64,000 nt of DNA from an uncultured Candidatus Binatia bacterium (GTDB lineage: Bacteria > Desulfobacterota > Binatia > UBA9968 > JAJDTQ01), in assembly GCA_965242525.1 (NCBI GenBank), contig OZ251459.1, positions 1,856,001 to 1,920,000 of the forward strand. The letters are read 5' to 3'. Shown piece by piece: positions 38,743 through 50,294 of this stretch. The position numbers and the translations under genes are program-made. The notes below the pieces were generated by a model. The model had not been told where the DNA came from, did no database searches, and saw only the letters and a list, made by a program, of their open reading frames with translations. Position 1 is the first letter of the stretch. Each line of letters begins with the position of its first letter.

Positions 38743-39273
38743 TCATTCTTCCGTCCCCTTCTCTTGAACGGGGGAAGGTTCGTCGGACGGCGCTTCCGAC
38801 GGCGCCTCTGCCTCGGCGGCCGGCTCCCCGCCTTCCGGCGCTACCTTGACCTTGACGGTTGGCGTGACTTCCGGGCCGAGGCGGACGGGGACGTCGTATT
38901 CGCCTACGGTCTTGATGGGGGCGTCCAGGACGATCTTTCGGCGATCGACTTCGAAGCCTTGCGCCTTCAGGGCCTTTTCGATGTCGAGGTTGGTGACGGA
39001 GCCGAAGAGCCTGCCTTCCTCGCCGACCTTGGCGGCGAACTCCAGGGAGACCTGCGCCAGCTTCTCGCCGAAGCTGCGGGCTTCCCTGGTCAGGCGCTCC
39101 CGCCGTTGGGCGATCATGCGCTGCTCGTGCTCCAGGGCCTTCAGGTTCTTCTTGTCGGCAAGGACCACCAGGCCTCGGGGCAGGAGGTAGTTCCGGGCGT
39201 AACCGTCCTTGACCCGCACCACGTCGCCCATGCTGCCCAGGTTCTCAATGTCTTCTCTCAACACGACTTCCAT
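38743..39273 (-). CDS. rplI: 50S ribosomal protein L9
   Basis: VKDGYARNYLLPRG, GRLFGSVT. Confidence 0.97.
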   Translation of the reverse strand: MEVVLREDIENLGSMGDVVRVKDGYARNYLLPRGLVVLADKKNLKALEHEQRMIAQRRERLTREARSFGEKLAQVSLEFAAKVGEEGRLFGSVTNLDIEKALKAQGFEVDRRKIVLDAPIKTVGEYDVPVRLGPEVTPTVKVKVAPEGGEPAAEAEAPSEAPSDEPSPVQEKGTEE

Positions 39274-39283
39274 GGAAACTCCT

Positions 39284-40228
39284 TCAGGTCACGCCCGTGG
39301 TGCGCCGTTCCAGGCGACGGAAGTCGCCCCAGAGGTCGAAGAACCCCAGGCCGATGACCAGGACCGTGAGGAACTGCTCGAACACGATGAGCAGGTATCC
39401 CAGGACACGAAAGAACATCGGGACTCTCTTGTGATGAAAGTAGTAGGCGACGATGGCCAGGCCCTGCAAGAAGTAGAACAGCAGGCAAACGAAGACCACG
39501 TTCACCGCCACCGCGCGCACCTGCCACCCAAGCGGCAGAAAGAGCGCCAAGCTGGGCGCCAGCAGCAGCCATACCAGCCGGTCGGGGGACTTCCACTCCC
39601 GGAGGTCCCCGGACTGGAAGAAGAACGAGCGGTACTGCGGGAACTGCCATGACAGCAACGCCAGGTTGGCCAGGACCACCACCGCCATGGCGAAGAACAG
39701 CATGCCCGGAAGCATCCGGACGAACAGCGCCGCCATCTGTCCGGCATGGTCCCTGAGGTAGTCGATGGTCTCGCCCGACAGCCCGATGCGCTCATACACT
39801 TGCAGGGTCAGGAGGACCTGTTCCCGGACGCCGGCGTGCAGGGCCTGCCACAGGGTGGAGAAGGACCCCGCGAACGCCAACGCCGCCAGCCCCATGACCG
39901 CACACTGGAAGAGGGCGCTGCCGCTCACCACCGCGGTGATGGACCAACCCCGTCCGAAGCAATGGAACAGCGCGTAAGCCACCAGCGCGAACGCGAGGTA
40001 GATGGCCGCGGCCTCGAGCCCGGCCAGCGCGTAGATGCAGGCGGCAGCGGCAGCGGGCAGCAGTTGCCCTGCTTCCCTCCCTGCCCTGACGCCCACGAAC
40101 AGGGCCGGAAAGACCGCCAGGGGCAGCGCCGCCAAGCCGAGGAACGGCACCCTCAACCCTGCGAGGAAGAGCAGGAGAGTGGCGGCCAACCCAAGCCCGA
40201 ACACCTTGAGAGTTTCAGGCCCTTTCAT
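39284..40228 (-). CDS. DUF2232 (YybS-like) membrane protein
   Basis: Multi-TM; FLQGLA, GFFDLWGDFR; position between rpsR and rplI. Confidence 0.85.
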   Translation of the reverse strand: MKGPETLKVFGLGLAATLLLFLAGLRVPFLGLAALPLAVFPALFVGVRAGREAGQLLPAAAAACIYALAGLEAAAIYLAFALVAYALFHCFGRGWSITAVVSGSALFQCAVMGLAALAFAGSFSTLWQALHAGVREQVLLTLQVYERIGLSGETIDYLRDHAGQMAALFVRMLPGMLFFAMAVVVLANLALLSWQFPQYRSFFFQSGDLREWKSPDRLVWLLLAPSLALFLPLGWQVRAVAVNVVFVCLLFYFLQGLAIVAYYFHHKRVPMFFRVLGYLLIVFEQFLTVLVIGLGFFDLWGDFRRLERRTTGVT

Positions 40229-40261
40229 AAGCCGACCTGTGGGGGCGAGGAAGGTACGGGG

Positions 40262-40543
40262 TCAGAGCTTTACGGTGGTGTAGGGGAGCAACGCTACCAG
40301 ACGGGCCCGCTTGATCGCCCTGGCCAAGCGCCGTTGACACCAGCAACACGTCCCGGTGATGCGGCTCGGCGTGATCTTGCCCCGCTCCGTCATGAACCCG
40401 GTGAGGAGCCGGGTATCCTTGTAGTCGAAGCGAAGGTCCTTGTTGGCGCAGAAGCGACAGACCTTCCGGCGCGACATGCCGCGCCGGCGAGGCGGCGAAT
40501 CATGATGGTCGTCCGAGCCTCTTCTTCCGCGATATTCCGCCAT
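40262..40543 (-). CDS. rpsR: 30S ribosomal protein S18
   Basis: [29 protein letters not shown]. Confidence 0.97.
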   Translation of the reverse strand: MAEYRGRRGSDDHHDSPPRRRGMSRRKVCRFCANKDLRFDYKDTRLLTGFMTERGKITPSRITGTCCWCQRRLARAIKRARLVALLPYTTVKL

Positions 40544-40563
40544 CGTTCGTCAACCGTCTCCCG

Positions 40564-40983
40564 CTACGCCGTCCCTGCGTCCTGCGCTTCGGAGCCTTCC
40601 CGGACTTCTTCCGCGGCCTCCTGCGGCGCCGGTTCCGGCTCCGGGGCCGGTTCCGGCGCAGGCTCCTCGGTCCGGGCCAGGGAGCGCACGTCGTCGTCCA
40701 GCACCACGGTCATGCACCGCATGACCTCGTCGCTCAACCGCATCAACCGCTCCAACTCCCGGCTGGTGCCGGCCGACGCCTGGTACTGGACCAGGTTGTA
40801 GAACCCCTTGCCCTGCTTCTCGATGGGGTAGGACAAGTCGCGCATGCCCCATTCCTCGAAGTGCGTAACGGTTGCGCCCTCGCCTTCCAGGACTCCCCGA
40901 AAGCGCTCGCAGAGTTCCTTGTTCCTGCCGGCGTGAACCGGGTGGACGATGAACAGCGTCTCGTAATGGATGTTCTCAGCCAT
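40564..40983 (-). CDS. rpsF: 30S ribosomal protein S6
   Basis: YETLFIVHP, WGMRDLSYPIEK, G.Y. Confidence 0.95.
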   Translation of the reverse strand: MAENIHYETLFIVHPVHAGRNKELCERFRGVLEGEGATVTHFEEWGMRDLSYPIEKQGKGFYNLVQYQASAGTSRELERLMRLSDEVMRCMTVVLDDDVRSLARTEEPAPEPAPEPEPAPQEAAEEVREGSEAQDAGTA

Positions 40984-41029
40984 GGTCCGTCGAAAGATGT
41001 AACACAGGGACCCTTCCTTTACAACCGCG

Positions 41030-43078
<2,049 letters not shown>

Positions 43079-43088
43079 AACCCCTCCT

Positions 43089-43694
43089 CTATCGAACTCG
43101 ATTGAAGTTTTCCATGGCCCAGACCGGGCCTTTCGACGCGATGGCTTCCACCGCCTCCGCGGCCCTCGACAACACGCCGTCCCGCTCTTGCAACCCTTCC
43201 CACTCCTCGGACGAGAACCGGCTCAGCACGTACTCCACCGCGTCCACCCCCGCGGGCGGACGACCGATGCCCATGCGGACGCGGACGAAGTCACGGTCCG
43301 CCAGATGGTGCAGCACCGACGCCAGTCCCCGGTGGCCGCCGGCCGACCCGCCGCAGCGGATCCGCAGCCGCCCGAAGGGCAGGTCCAGGTCGTCATAGGC
43401 CACCACCAGGTCCGAGCCCCGGGCGCCGAAGCGCTTGACCAGGGCGGCTGCGGCCACGCCGCTGTGGTTCATGTAGGTCTGCGGCTTGGCGAGCACCAGG
43501 GGATCTCGCCCCTCCGCGGCCACCGGGGTCCACTCCCGTTCCCGCTGCCCCACCAGGGACTCGCACCTTTCCTTCGTCACGGACACGCCGGAGTCGTCGG
43601 CGATCCTGTCGATGAGCAGAAAGCCCAGGTTGTGCCGCGAGCGTTCGTACCGCCTGCCCGGGTTGCCCAGGCCCATGACGACCTTGGCGCTCAC
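43089..43694 (-). CDS. pth: peptidyl-tRNA hydrolase
   Basis: GLGNPG, RHNLGF, KPQTYMN, GGHRG. Confidence 0.95.
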   Translation of the reverse strand: MSAKVVMGLGNPGRRYERSRHNLGFLLIDRIADDSGVSVTKERCESLVGQREREWTPVAAEGRDPLVLAKPQTYMNHSGVAAAALVKRFGARGSDLVVAYDDLDLPFGRLRIRCGGSAGGHRGLASVLHHLADRDFVRVRMGIGRPPAGVDAVEYVLSRFSSEEWEGLQERDGVLSRAAEAVEAIASKGPVWAMENFNRVR

Positions 43695-43737
43695 GCGGGT
43701 CTCCCGAAGGGTCCATGCGCATGGCCCACGCGCGGCA

Positions 43738-44385
43738 TCACTCGCCGGTCTGTTCCCCGGTCGACTCGGCCTTGGCCGCGGCGTCCTCCGCGGCTTCGCC
43801 CTCGGCCGCTTCCTCTTCCTTGGTGGAGACGGTGGGCGCCAGCACCGAGACCAGGGCCAGGTCCGGCGTGTGGTTGGCCACGTTGGGCGGCAGGGTGATG
43901 TCGCCGGCCTTGAGCCCGTGGCCGATCTGCAGCGACGACACGTCCACCTCCAACTGCGCCGGGATGTCCAGGGGCAGGCACTCCACCTCCAGCTCCCGCA
44001 CGATGGGCTGCAACACCCCGCCCTGGACCACTCCCTCGGCCCGCCCCACGAAATGGAGGCCCACCATCACGGTGATCTTCCGCGACACGTCCACCTCGTA
44101 GAAGTCGATGTGGGCGATGGCGTGGGTGACCGGGTGGTACTGGACCTCCTTGACGAGGACCAGCCTGCCGTCGAGTTGGTCGGAAGCGGACTTGAACCGG
44201 AGCAGGTGGGAGCCCTCCAGCCTGCCCACGCGGCTGCTGAGCTCCCGGTGGTCCACCTGCATGGCCACGCCGTCGGTCCCCCGACCGTAAACGACCCCCG
44301 GCAGCTTGCCGTTGCGGCGCAAGCGGCCGGCGTCGCGCTTGTTGCCCACTCGTCTCGACTCTACCGAAACCTCGACCGTTTCCAA
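43738..44385 (-). CDS. rplY: 50S ribosomal protein L25 / Ctc
   Basis: RLRRNGKLPGVVYG, HIDFY, GVVQGG; TTG start after AGGAGG. Confidence 0.93.
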   Translation of the reverse strand: METVEVSVESRRVGNKRDAGRLRRNGKLPGVVYGRGTDGVAMQVDHRELSSRVGRLEGSHLLRFKSASDQLDGRLVLVKEVQYHPVTHAIAHIDFYEVDVSRKITVMVGLHFVGRAEGVVQGGVLQPIVRELEVECLPLDIPAQLEVDVSSLQIGHGLKAGDITLPPNVANHTPDLALVSVLAPTVSTKEEEAAEGEAAEDAAAKAESTGEQTGE

Positions 44386-44414
44386 AACCGGAACCTCCTG
44401 ACTCGATGTGCGGA

Positions 44415-45365
44415 TCAGAAAAGGGAACTGATGGACCTTTCCAGATGGGTCCTGCGGATGGCTTCCCCGATCAGGTGCGCTACCGACAAGGGCTTGATCT
44501 TGCTGCACGCGGCCATCTTGTCGCTCAGGGGAATGGTGTCGGTGACCACCATCTCCTTCATGGGCGACTCGTTGATCCTGTCCAGGGCCTTCCCCGAAAG
44601 GATGGCGTGGGTGCAGCAGCCGATGACCCCCTTGGCGCCGGCCCGCACCAGGGCTTCCGCGGCCATGGCGATGGTCCCCGCGGTGTCCACCATGTCGTCG
44701 ATGAGGATGGTGGTCTTGCCTTCCACCTCGCCGATGATGTTCATCTCTTCCACCACGTTGGCGTCGGCCCGGCGCTTGTCGATGACCGCCAGGGACACGT
44801 TCAGCTTGGTGGCGAAGGCCCGGGCCCGTTGGGCGCCGCCCGCGTCCGGGGACACGACGATGAGCTCGTCCGGGCCGATACGCTCGCCCATGTACTCCAG
44901 CAGCACCGGCGAGGCGTAGAGGTTGTCCACCGGGATGTTGAAGAAGCCCTGTATCTGGCCCGAATGGAGGTCCATGGTGAGCATGCGCGAGGCGCCCGCG
45001 GTGGTGATGAGGTCCGCCACCAGCTTGGCGCTGATGGGCACCCGGGGAGCCACCTTGCGGTCCTGCCGGGCGTAGCCGTAGTACGGCACCACCGCGGTGA
45101 TCCTCTTTGCCGACGCACGCTTGAATGCGTCCAGCATGATGAGCAGCTCCATCAGGTTGTCGTTGCCCGGGGCGCACGTGGACTGGATCACGAAGACGTC
45201 GCAACCGCGCACGTTCTCCTTGATCTCCACCTTGCTTTCCCCGTCGCTGAAGGTCTCCACCACCGCCTCCCCCAGCGGGACTTCGAGGTCCTGGCAGATG
45301 GCCTGGGCCAGCGGGAGGTTGGAGTTGCCCGCGAAGACCCTCATTCCGTTGTGTGGCGATCCCAT
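44415..45365 (-). CDS. prs: ribose-phosphate pyrophosphokinase
   Basis: FSDGE, YYGYARQDRK, VSPDAGG, DDMVDTAGT. Confidence 0.97.
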   Translation of the reverse strand: MGSPHNGMRVFAGNSNLPLAQAICQDLEVPLGEAVVETFSDGESKVEIKENVRGCDVFVIQSTCAPGNDNLMELLIMLDAFKRASAKRITAVVPYYGYARQDRKVAPRVPISAKLVADLITTAGASRMLTMDLHSGQIQGFFNIPVDNLYASPVLLEYMGERIGPDELIVVSPDAGGAQRARAFATKLNVSLAVIDKRRADANVVEEMNIIGEVEGKTTILIDDMVDTAGTIAMAAEALVRAGAKGVIGCCTHAILSGKALDRINESPMKEMVVTDTIPLSDKMAACSKIKPLSVAHLIGEAIRRTHLERSISSLF

Positions 45366-45436
45366 GTCCCTACCTGCTTCGCTGAAGGGGAAGCGCCGGC
45401 GGCGTTCCGCTCACCGGCCCGTCCGGGGAGAGGGGT

Positions 45437-45511
45437 TGGCTGGGCGGGAAGGATTCGAACCTTCGAATACCGGATCCAAAATCCGGGGCCTTACCACTTG
45501 GCGACCGCCCA
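45437..45511 (-). tRNA. tRNA-Gln (TTG)
   Basis: TGGGCGG acceptor stem, anticodon arm CCGGA-TT-TTG-GA-TCCGG, GGTTCGAATCC, encoded CCA; canonical ispE-prs position. Confidence 0.96.
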
Positions 45512-45536
45512 TCCCGACCAGCGATGGCATGCGCCC

Positions 45537-46406
45537 TTACGTCAGCGAGAAAACCAGATGCGCACGAACGTCCTTTTCGCCCTCCAGCCCGGCGAACGCC
45601 GTCCTGGCGGCCGCCTCGTCGGCGAACAGCCCAAAGACCGCGGAACCGCTGCCGGACATGAGGCTGCCGAGGGCGCCCTCTTCGTCCAGCCGGCCCTTCA
45701 GTCGCGCAATGCGCGGATAGCGGCCGACGGTTACCGTTTCGAGGTCGTTGACCATGACCCGGGCGACTTCGCGAGGAGTGTCCAGATTTCCGGTCAAGTT
45801 ATTATTGTCCGACGGTTTTGTCAACTTGAGCGGGTAGTTGCGGTAAACCCAGGCGGTGGAGACCGGGAAATTCGGGAACAGCACCACCATCCAGAGCTTC
45901 GGCAGCGGACCCGCAGGGCCCAGCCGCTCGCCGATTCCCCCGGCCCGGGCGGCCCCGCCCCGGACGAAGAAGGGCGCGTCGGCGCCCACCGAGGCCGCCA
46001 GCTCCAGGAGGTCGTCGTCGGACAGGCCGGCCCCGAGCAGGCGGTTCATGCCCCGCAACGCAGCCGCGGCGTCGGTGCTGCCGCCTCCGAGTCCTGCGCC
46101 CACCGGGATGCGTTTCCGAATCTCCACCGCAACGGGGTCCCGGCGGCCCGTCCTCTTGCGGAACGCCAGGGCGGCGCGATGGACGGTGTTCTCCGGCCCC
46201 GGCGGGACCTCCGGGTGGTCCGCCCGCACCGTGGTGGACCCAGGGGGCCCGTCCGCCCGGGAGACCTCCACATCGTCCCCCAGGCTGATGGGCGCCATCA
46301 GGGTGTCCAGCAGGTGGTAGCCGTCCTCGCGTCGGCCCGTGACCCGGAGGTAGAGGTTCACCTTGGCGGGAGCGAACAGCCTCAGCGCCCCGGGCCGCCC
46401 GGTCAC
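45537..46406 (-). CDS. ispE: 4-diphosphocytidyl-2-C-methyl-D-erythritol kinase
   Basis: APAKVNLYL, IPVGAGLGGGSTDAA, NDLE, MSGSGS; GTG overlaps the upstream stop. Confidence 0.95.
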   Translation of the reverse strand: MTGRPGALRLFAPAKVNLYLRVTGRREDGYHLLDTLMAPISLGDDVEVSRADGPPGSTTVRADHPEVPPGPENTVHRAALAFRKRTGRRDPVAVEIRKRIPVGAGLGGGSTDAAAALRGMNRLLGAGLSDDDLLELAASVGADAPFFVRGGAARAGGIGERLGPAGPLPKLWMVVLFPNFPVSTAWVYRNYPLKLTKPSDNNNLTGNLDTPREVARVMVNDLETVTVGRYPRIARLKGRLDEEGALGSLMSGSGSAVFGLFADEAAARTAFAGLEGEKDVRAHLVFSLT

Positions 46407-47491
46407 GGCTTGATCAGCGCCTTGGTGGGGAACAGCTCCGGCACCTCGCCGCCCACCGCCTGGATGCACCGCTCGGTCTCGTCCAGCGAGAAGACGTGGC
46501 TCACCATCTCCTCCACCGGGAACCGGGTGGCCTCCATCAACCGGAGGGTGGCGTCCACCGCGTCGTTGTCGCCCGTGTACGCTCCCTGGACGCAGATCTC
46601 GCCCCACACGAGCCTGTCCATGAGCATGGGGGTGAGGGTCTTGTCACCCGTCAGTCCGCCGAGCACCAGCTTGCCCTGCCGTCGGAGGCATTCCACGGAG
46701 GCGCAGATGGCCGCAGGGTTGCCGGACACGTCCACCGCCACGTCCGCCATGGCGCCGCCGGTCTCCTCCCGTATGACGTCCACCACGTCCTCTTCCTCCA
46801 CGTTGATGGTGCGATGCGCGCCGAACCGTCGGGCCGCTTCCAGCCGGCTCTCGTCCCGGCCGACGCCGGTGACGAATATGCGGGCCGCCCCCGCGTGGCT
46901 CGATGCGAACGTGCAGGCCAGTCCCTGCTGGCCGGGTCCCTGGACCAGCACGTAGTCGCCCATCTTGACGCCGCCGTGCCGCAGCGCCCACTGGAAGCCG
47001 TTGGCCATGACCGATCCCACGAGGGCCGCGGCCTCCGCGGGCAGGCGGTCGCCGATGCGGGTCAGCAAGGCGGCGGGCGTGATGTACAGGTACTCGGCGA
47101 AACCGCCGAACAGGTGCGGCGGGGCCTCCGAGGACATCCTCGAGCCGTAGGCGGAGCGTCGCTTGCAGAACCGGTCGCCGCCGCGGCGGCAGTCCGCGCA
47201 GCGGCCGCACCCCAGCGACCCCTTGATGATGACCCGGTCGCCTTCCCGGACGCGGTGGATCGCCGCGGCCCTGGCCCCGAGCTTCTCCACCCGGCCGAGG
47301 ATCTCGTGTCCCAGGATGATGGGCATGGGCAGGTCCAGCTTGCCCGTGTAGTATTTGTAGTCCGTCCCGCACACCCCGCCCATCTCCACCTTCAGGAGTC
47401 CTCCGTCGGGCGGAACCTCCGGTATGGGGTACTCGCGGACCTCGATCTTCCCCGGCGCCACCAGGGTGGCCGCCCTGCAGGTTTCGCTCAC
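46403..47491 (-). CDS. zinc-dependent MDR dehydrogenase, paralog 2
   Basis: GVCGTD, GHE, CGRCADC...C, GPGQQG. Confidence 0.9.
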   Translation of the reverse strand: MSETCRAATLVAPGKIEVREYPIPEVPPDGGLLKVEMGGVCGTDYKYYTGKLDLPMPIILGHEILGRVEKLGARAAAIHRVREGDRVIIKGSLGCGRCADCRRGGDRFCKRRSAYGSRMSSEAPPHLFGGFAEYLYITPAALLTRIGDRLPAEAAALVGSVMANGFQWALRHGGVKMGDYVLVQGPGQQGLACTFASSHAGAARIFVTGVGRDESRLEAARRFGAHRTINVEEEDVVDVIREETGGAMADVAVDVSGNPAAICASVECLRRQGKLVLGGLTGDKTLTPMLMDRLVWGEICVQGAYTGDNDAVDATLRLMEATRFPVEEMVSHVFSLDETERCIQAVGGEVPELFPTKALIKP

Positions 47492-47570
47492 GAGTCGTCT
47501 CCGCCAGGCCGCCGGCCTCGGCGGCCGAAAGCCTGCTGCAACGGGGCAAGGCCCCGCGGCGCTGCCCCGG

Positions 47571-48659
47571 TCACGGCTTGATCAGCGCCTTGGTGGGGAA
47601 CAGCTCCGGCACCTCGCCGCCCACCGCCTGGATGCACCGCTCGGTCTCTTCCAGCGAGAAGACGTGGCTCACCATCTCCTCCACCGGGAACCGGGTGGCC
47701 TCGATGAGCCGCATGGTGGCCTCCACCGCGTCGTTGTCGCCGGTGAAGCAGCCCTGGAGCTTGATCTCGCCCCACACGAGCTTGTCCATGTGGACCTCGG
47801 TGACGGTGGCGTCGCCGGTGAGCCCGGCCAGCACCAGGGTCCCCTGCCGGCGCAGGCAGTCGATGGAGGCCAGGATGGCCTTGGGGTTGCCGGACACGTC
47901 CACCACCACGTCCACCATGGCGCCGTCGGTCTCTTCCCGTATGACGTCCACCACGTCCTCTTCCTCCACGTTGATGATCCGGTGGGCGCCCCACTTCTTC
48001 GCCAACTCCAGCCGCGGCTTGTCCCGGCCGATCCCCGACACGAAGATCCGCGCCGCGCCCGCCTGCTTCGAGGCGAAGGTGCACGCCAGGCCCTGCTGGC
48101 CGGGACCCTGGATCAGCACGTAGTCGCCCATCTTGACGCCGCCCCGGCGGAGCGCCCACTGGAAGCCGTTGGCCATGACCGAGCCGATCAGCGCCGCGGC
48201 CTCCGGCGGAAGCTCGTCGCTGATGGGGGTCATCAGCACGTCGGGCGCCAGGTAGAGGTAGTCCGCGAAGCCGCCGAACAGGTGGGGAGGGTCGGCGCAG
48301 GTGGTGCGGCCGCCGTAGTTGGTGCGGTTCCTGCAGAACCGCTGGGCGTTGCGGCGGCAGTCGGCGCAACGGCCGCAGCCGATGGCGCCCTTGAGGATCA
48401 CCCGGTCGCCTTCCTTGACGCCGTGGATCTTCTCGGCCTTGGCCCCGAGCTTGGCCACCCGGCCGAGGATCTCGTGTCCCAGGATGATGGGCAACGGCAG
48501 GTTGATGCGCCCGTGGTAGTACTTCACGTCGGAGCCGCACACCCCGCCCATCTCCACCTGCAACAGTCCGCCGTCGTCCGGGATGTCGGGTATGGGGTAT
48601 TCCCGGATCTCCAGTTGGTTGGGCCCCACCAGAGTCGCCGCCCTGCTGGTCTGTGCCAT
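47571..48659 (-). CDS. zinc-dependent MDR dehydrogenase, paralog 1
   Basis: GVCGSD, GHE, CGRCADC...C, GPGQQG; AAGGAGG RBS. Confidence 0.9.
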   Translation of the reverse strand: MAQTSRAATLVGPNQLEIREYPIPDIPDDGGLLQVEMGGVCGSDVKYYHGRINLPLPIILGHEILGRVAKLGAKAEKIHGVKEGDRVILKGAIGCGRCADCRRNAQRFCRNRTNYGGRTTCADPPHLFGGFADYLYLAPDVLMTPISDELPPEAAALIGSVMANGFQWALRRGGVKMGDYVLIQGPGQQGLACTFASKQAGAARIFVSGIGRDKPRLELAKKWGAHRIINVEEEDVVDVIREETDGAMVDVVVDVSGNPKAILASIDCLRRQGTLVLAGLTGDATVTEVHMDKLVWGEIKLQGCFTGDNDAVEATMRLIEATRFPVEEMVSHVFSLEETERCIQAVGGEVPELFPTKALIKP

Positions 48660-48684
48660 CGTGGACCTCCTTGCTCTGCCTTGC

Positions 48685-48792
48685 GGAACCTCTGATCGAT
48701 TCCGGCTCGATGCGCTTCTCCTACGGAAAAGCGCGTCCTTCGACTTCGCTTCGCTACGCTCAGGACGAACGGGACCATCGTTCAGGGTTTCC
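48685..48792. mobile_element. short MITE of the IS5-like family
   Basis: Ends GGAACCTCTGATCGAT and (reverse complement) GGAAACCCTGAACGAT; TTGC duplicated on both flanks; 31-bp REP at 48735-48765. Confidence 0.8.
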
Positions 48793-48886
48793 TTGCGAAC
48801 TTCCCTCCGCTTTGCGAACTTCCGAGTTCCGTGGCGCTCCACGCGCCGCGGACGCGCGTTCGTCGGGGTTCCGGTCCCGTCGCGGT

Positions 48887-50242
48887 TCACCCCACGTAGT
48901 CTTCCAGCCGCACCCTTTCGCGGACCTCCCTGGGCACGTCGAGCCTCTTGGGGAAGTCGCTCCTCTTCTTGGTGGCGTCGATCACCATCTTGGCCGTCAG
49001 CCCTCCCGGACCGCTCGACGGGTCGGTCTCCGACCCCTGGCAACGGGGGATGACCAGGGTGTCGGCGTCCGCCTGCACCCGGTTGGCCACCGCCCACATG
49101 ACGTCCCGGTCGTTGTAGACGTCCACGTCCCCGTCCACGACGATCACGAGCTTCAGGTAGAGGTCCGTGGCCATGGCCGCCATGACCGCGTTGCGGACCT
49201 CGCCGTCGCTGCGCTTGTCCAGGGCGATGTAGCAATGGAAACGCGAGCACCCCGACGGCGGCATGTGGACCGCGCGCGTGCCCGCGGCCACCGCCTTCAC
49301 CGCCTCGAAGAGCGCGGCCTCCCGCGGGATGGAGCCCATGAGCCGCTGCTCGGAGTGGCCCGTGAAGATGTCCTGGTAGAGCGGCTTCTCCCGGAACGTG
49401 ACGCCGGTGACCTCGGCCACGTGGTTCTTGCGCACGCCCACCGCGTGGCCGGTGAACTCGCCGAAGGGCCCCTCTTCCTCGCGCACGTGGGGCAGGATGC
49501 GCCCCTCCAGCACCATTTCCGCATGGGCCGGCGCTTCGAGCCCCACGGTCTCGCACCGGGTCAGCGCCACCGGCTCCTGCAACATGCCGCCGATGACGTC
49601 GTACTCGTCCACGTCGAAGGGCGCCAGCGACAACGCGCCGATGGCGAAGGCGGGATGGACCCCCACGATGACGGCCACCTCCAGGGGCTCGCCCCGTTCC
49701 TCGGCGTTGCGCTGGCAGCGCCGGAGGTGCATGCCCGGGGCCAGGTGCAGGCGCAGCCGGTTCCGCTCCACCATCATGGCGCGGTTGAAGCTCAGGTTGC
49801 GCACGCCGCTCAGGGGGTCCCGCGCCACCACGATGCCCGCGGTCACGTAGGGGGCGGTGCTCACGTCGAAGTGGGTCAGCAGCGGGAGCTCTCCCAGATC
49901 GACTTCCGCGCCCGTGCGCACCACCTCCTTCACCGGACCGTCCCGGGCGGGCTCCGGGGCCACGGGGTTGCCTTCCCGCCTGCGGTACTCCTCCACGAGG
50001 TCGTCGGCGTCCACGTCCAGGGCCATGGCTAGGCGCCGGCGGGTGGCGTGGAGGTTGGTGACCACCGGCATGGAGGAGCCTTCGACCTCGTGGAAGAACA
50101 GCGTCGGGAACCTGCCGGAGGACTCCAGTTCCATGAGCAGGCCGGTCACCTCGTGTTCGCGCCGCACCGCCTTCCTCACGTGCAGCAGCTCTTCGGGTCC
50201 TTCGGTTTCCAGACGGTCCATGAACGACCGCAGGTCCTTCAT
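48887..50242 (-). CDS. UbiD family (prFMN-dependent) decarboxylase
   Basis: DLRSF, RNLSFNR, EEGPFGEFTG, VDGDVD...V.WA, IDATK. Confidence 0.92.
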   Translation of the reverse strand: MKDLRSFMDRLETEGPEELLHVRKAVRREHEVTGLLMELESSGRFPTLFFHEVEGSSMPVVTNLHATRRRLAMALDVDADDLVEEYRRREGNPVAPEPARDGPVKEVVRTGAEVDLGELPLLTHFDVSTAPYVTAGIVVARDPLSGVRNLSFNRAMMVERNRLRLHLAPGMHLRRCQRNAEERGEPLEVAVIVGVHPAFAIGALSLAPFDVDEYDVIGGMLQEPVALTRCETVGLEAPAHAEMVLEGRILPHVREEEGPFGEFTGHAVGVRKNHVAEVTGVTFREKPLYQDIFTGHSEQRLMGSIPREAALFEAVKAVAAGTRAVHMPPSGCSRFHCYIALDKRSDGEVRNAVMAAMATDLYLKLVIVVDGDVDVYNDRDVMWAVANRVQADADTLVIPRCQGSETDPSSGPGGLTAKMVIDATKKRSDFPKRLDVPREVRERVRLEDYVG

Positions 50243-50294
50243 GCGGTTCCTCCCTCGTCCCGGGGTCCGTCCCTGCTTCCCCGCGGGCGCCCCG

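Noticed and set aside
45437-45511. tRNA-Gln as an integration site
   Set aside because: Canonical ispE-prs context; no duplicated 3' end or integrase seen.
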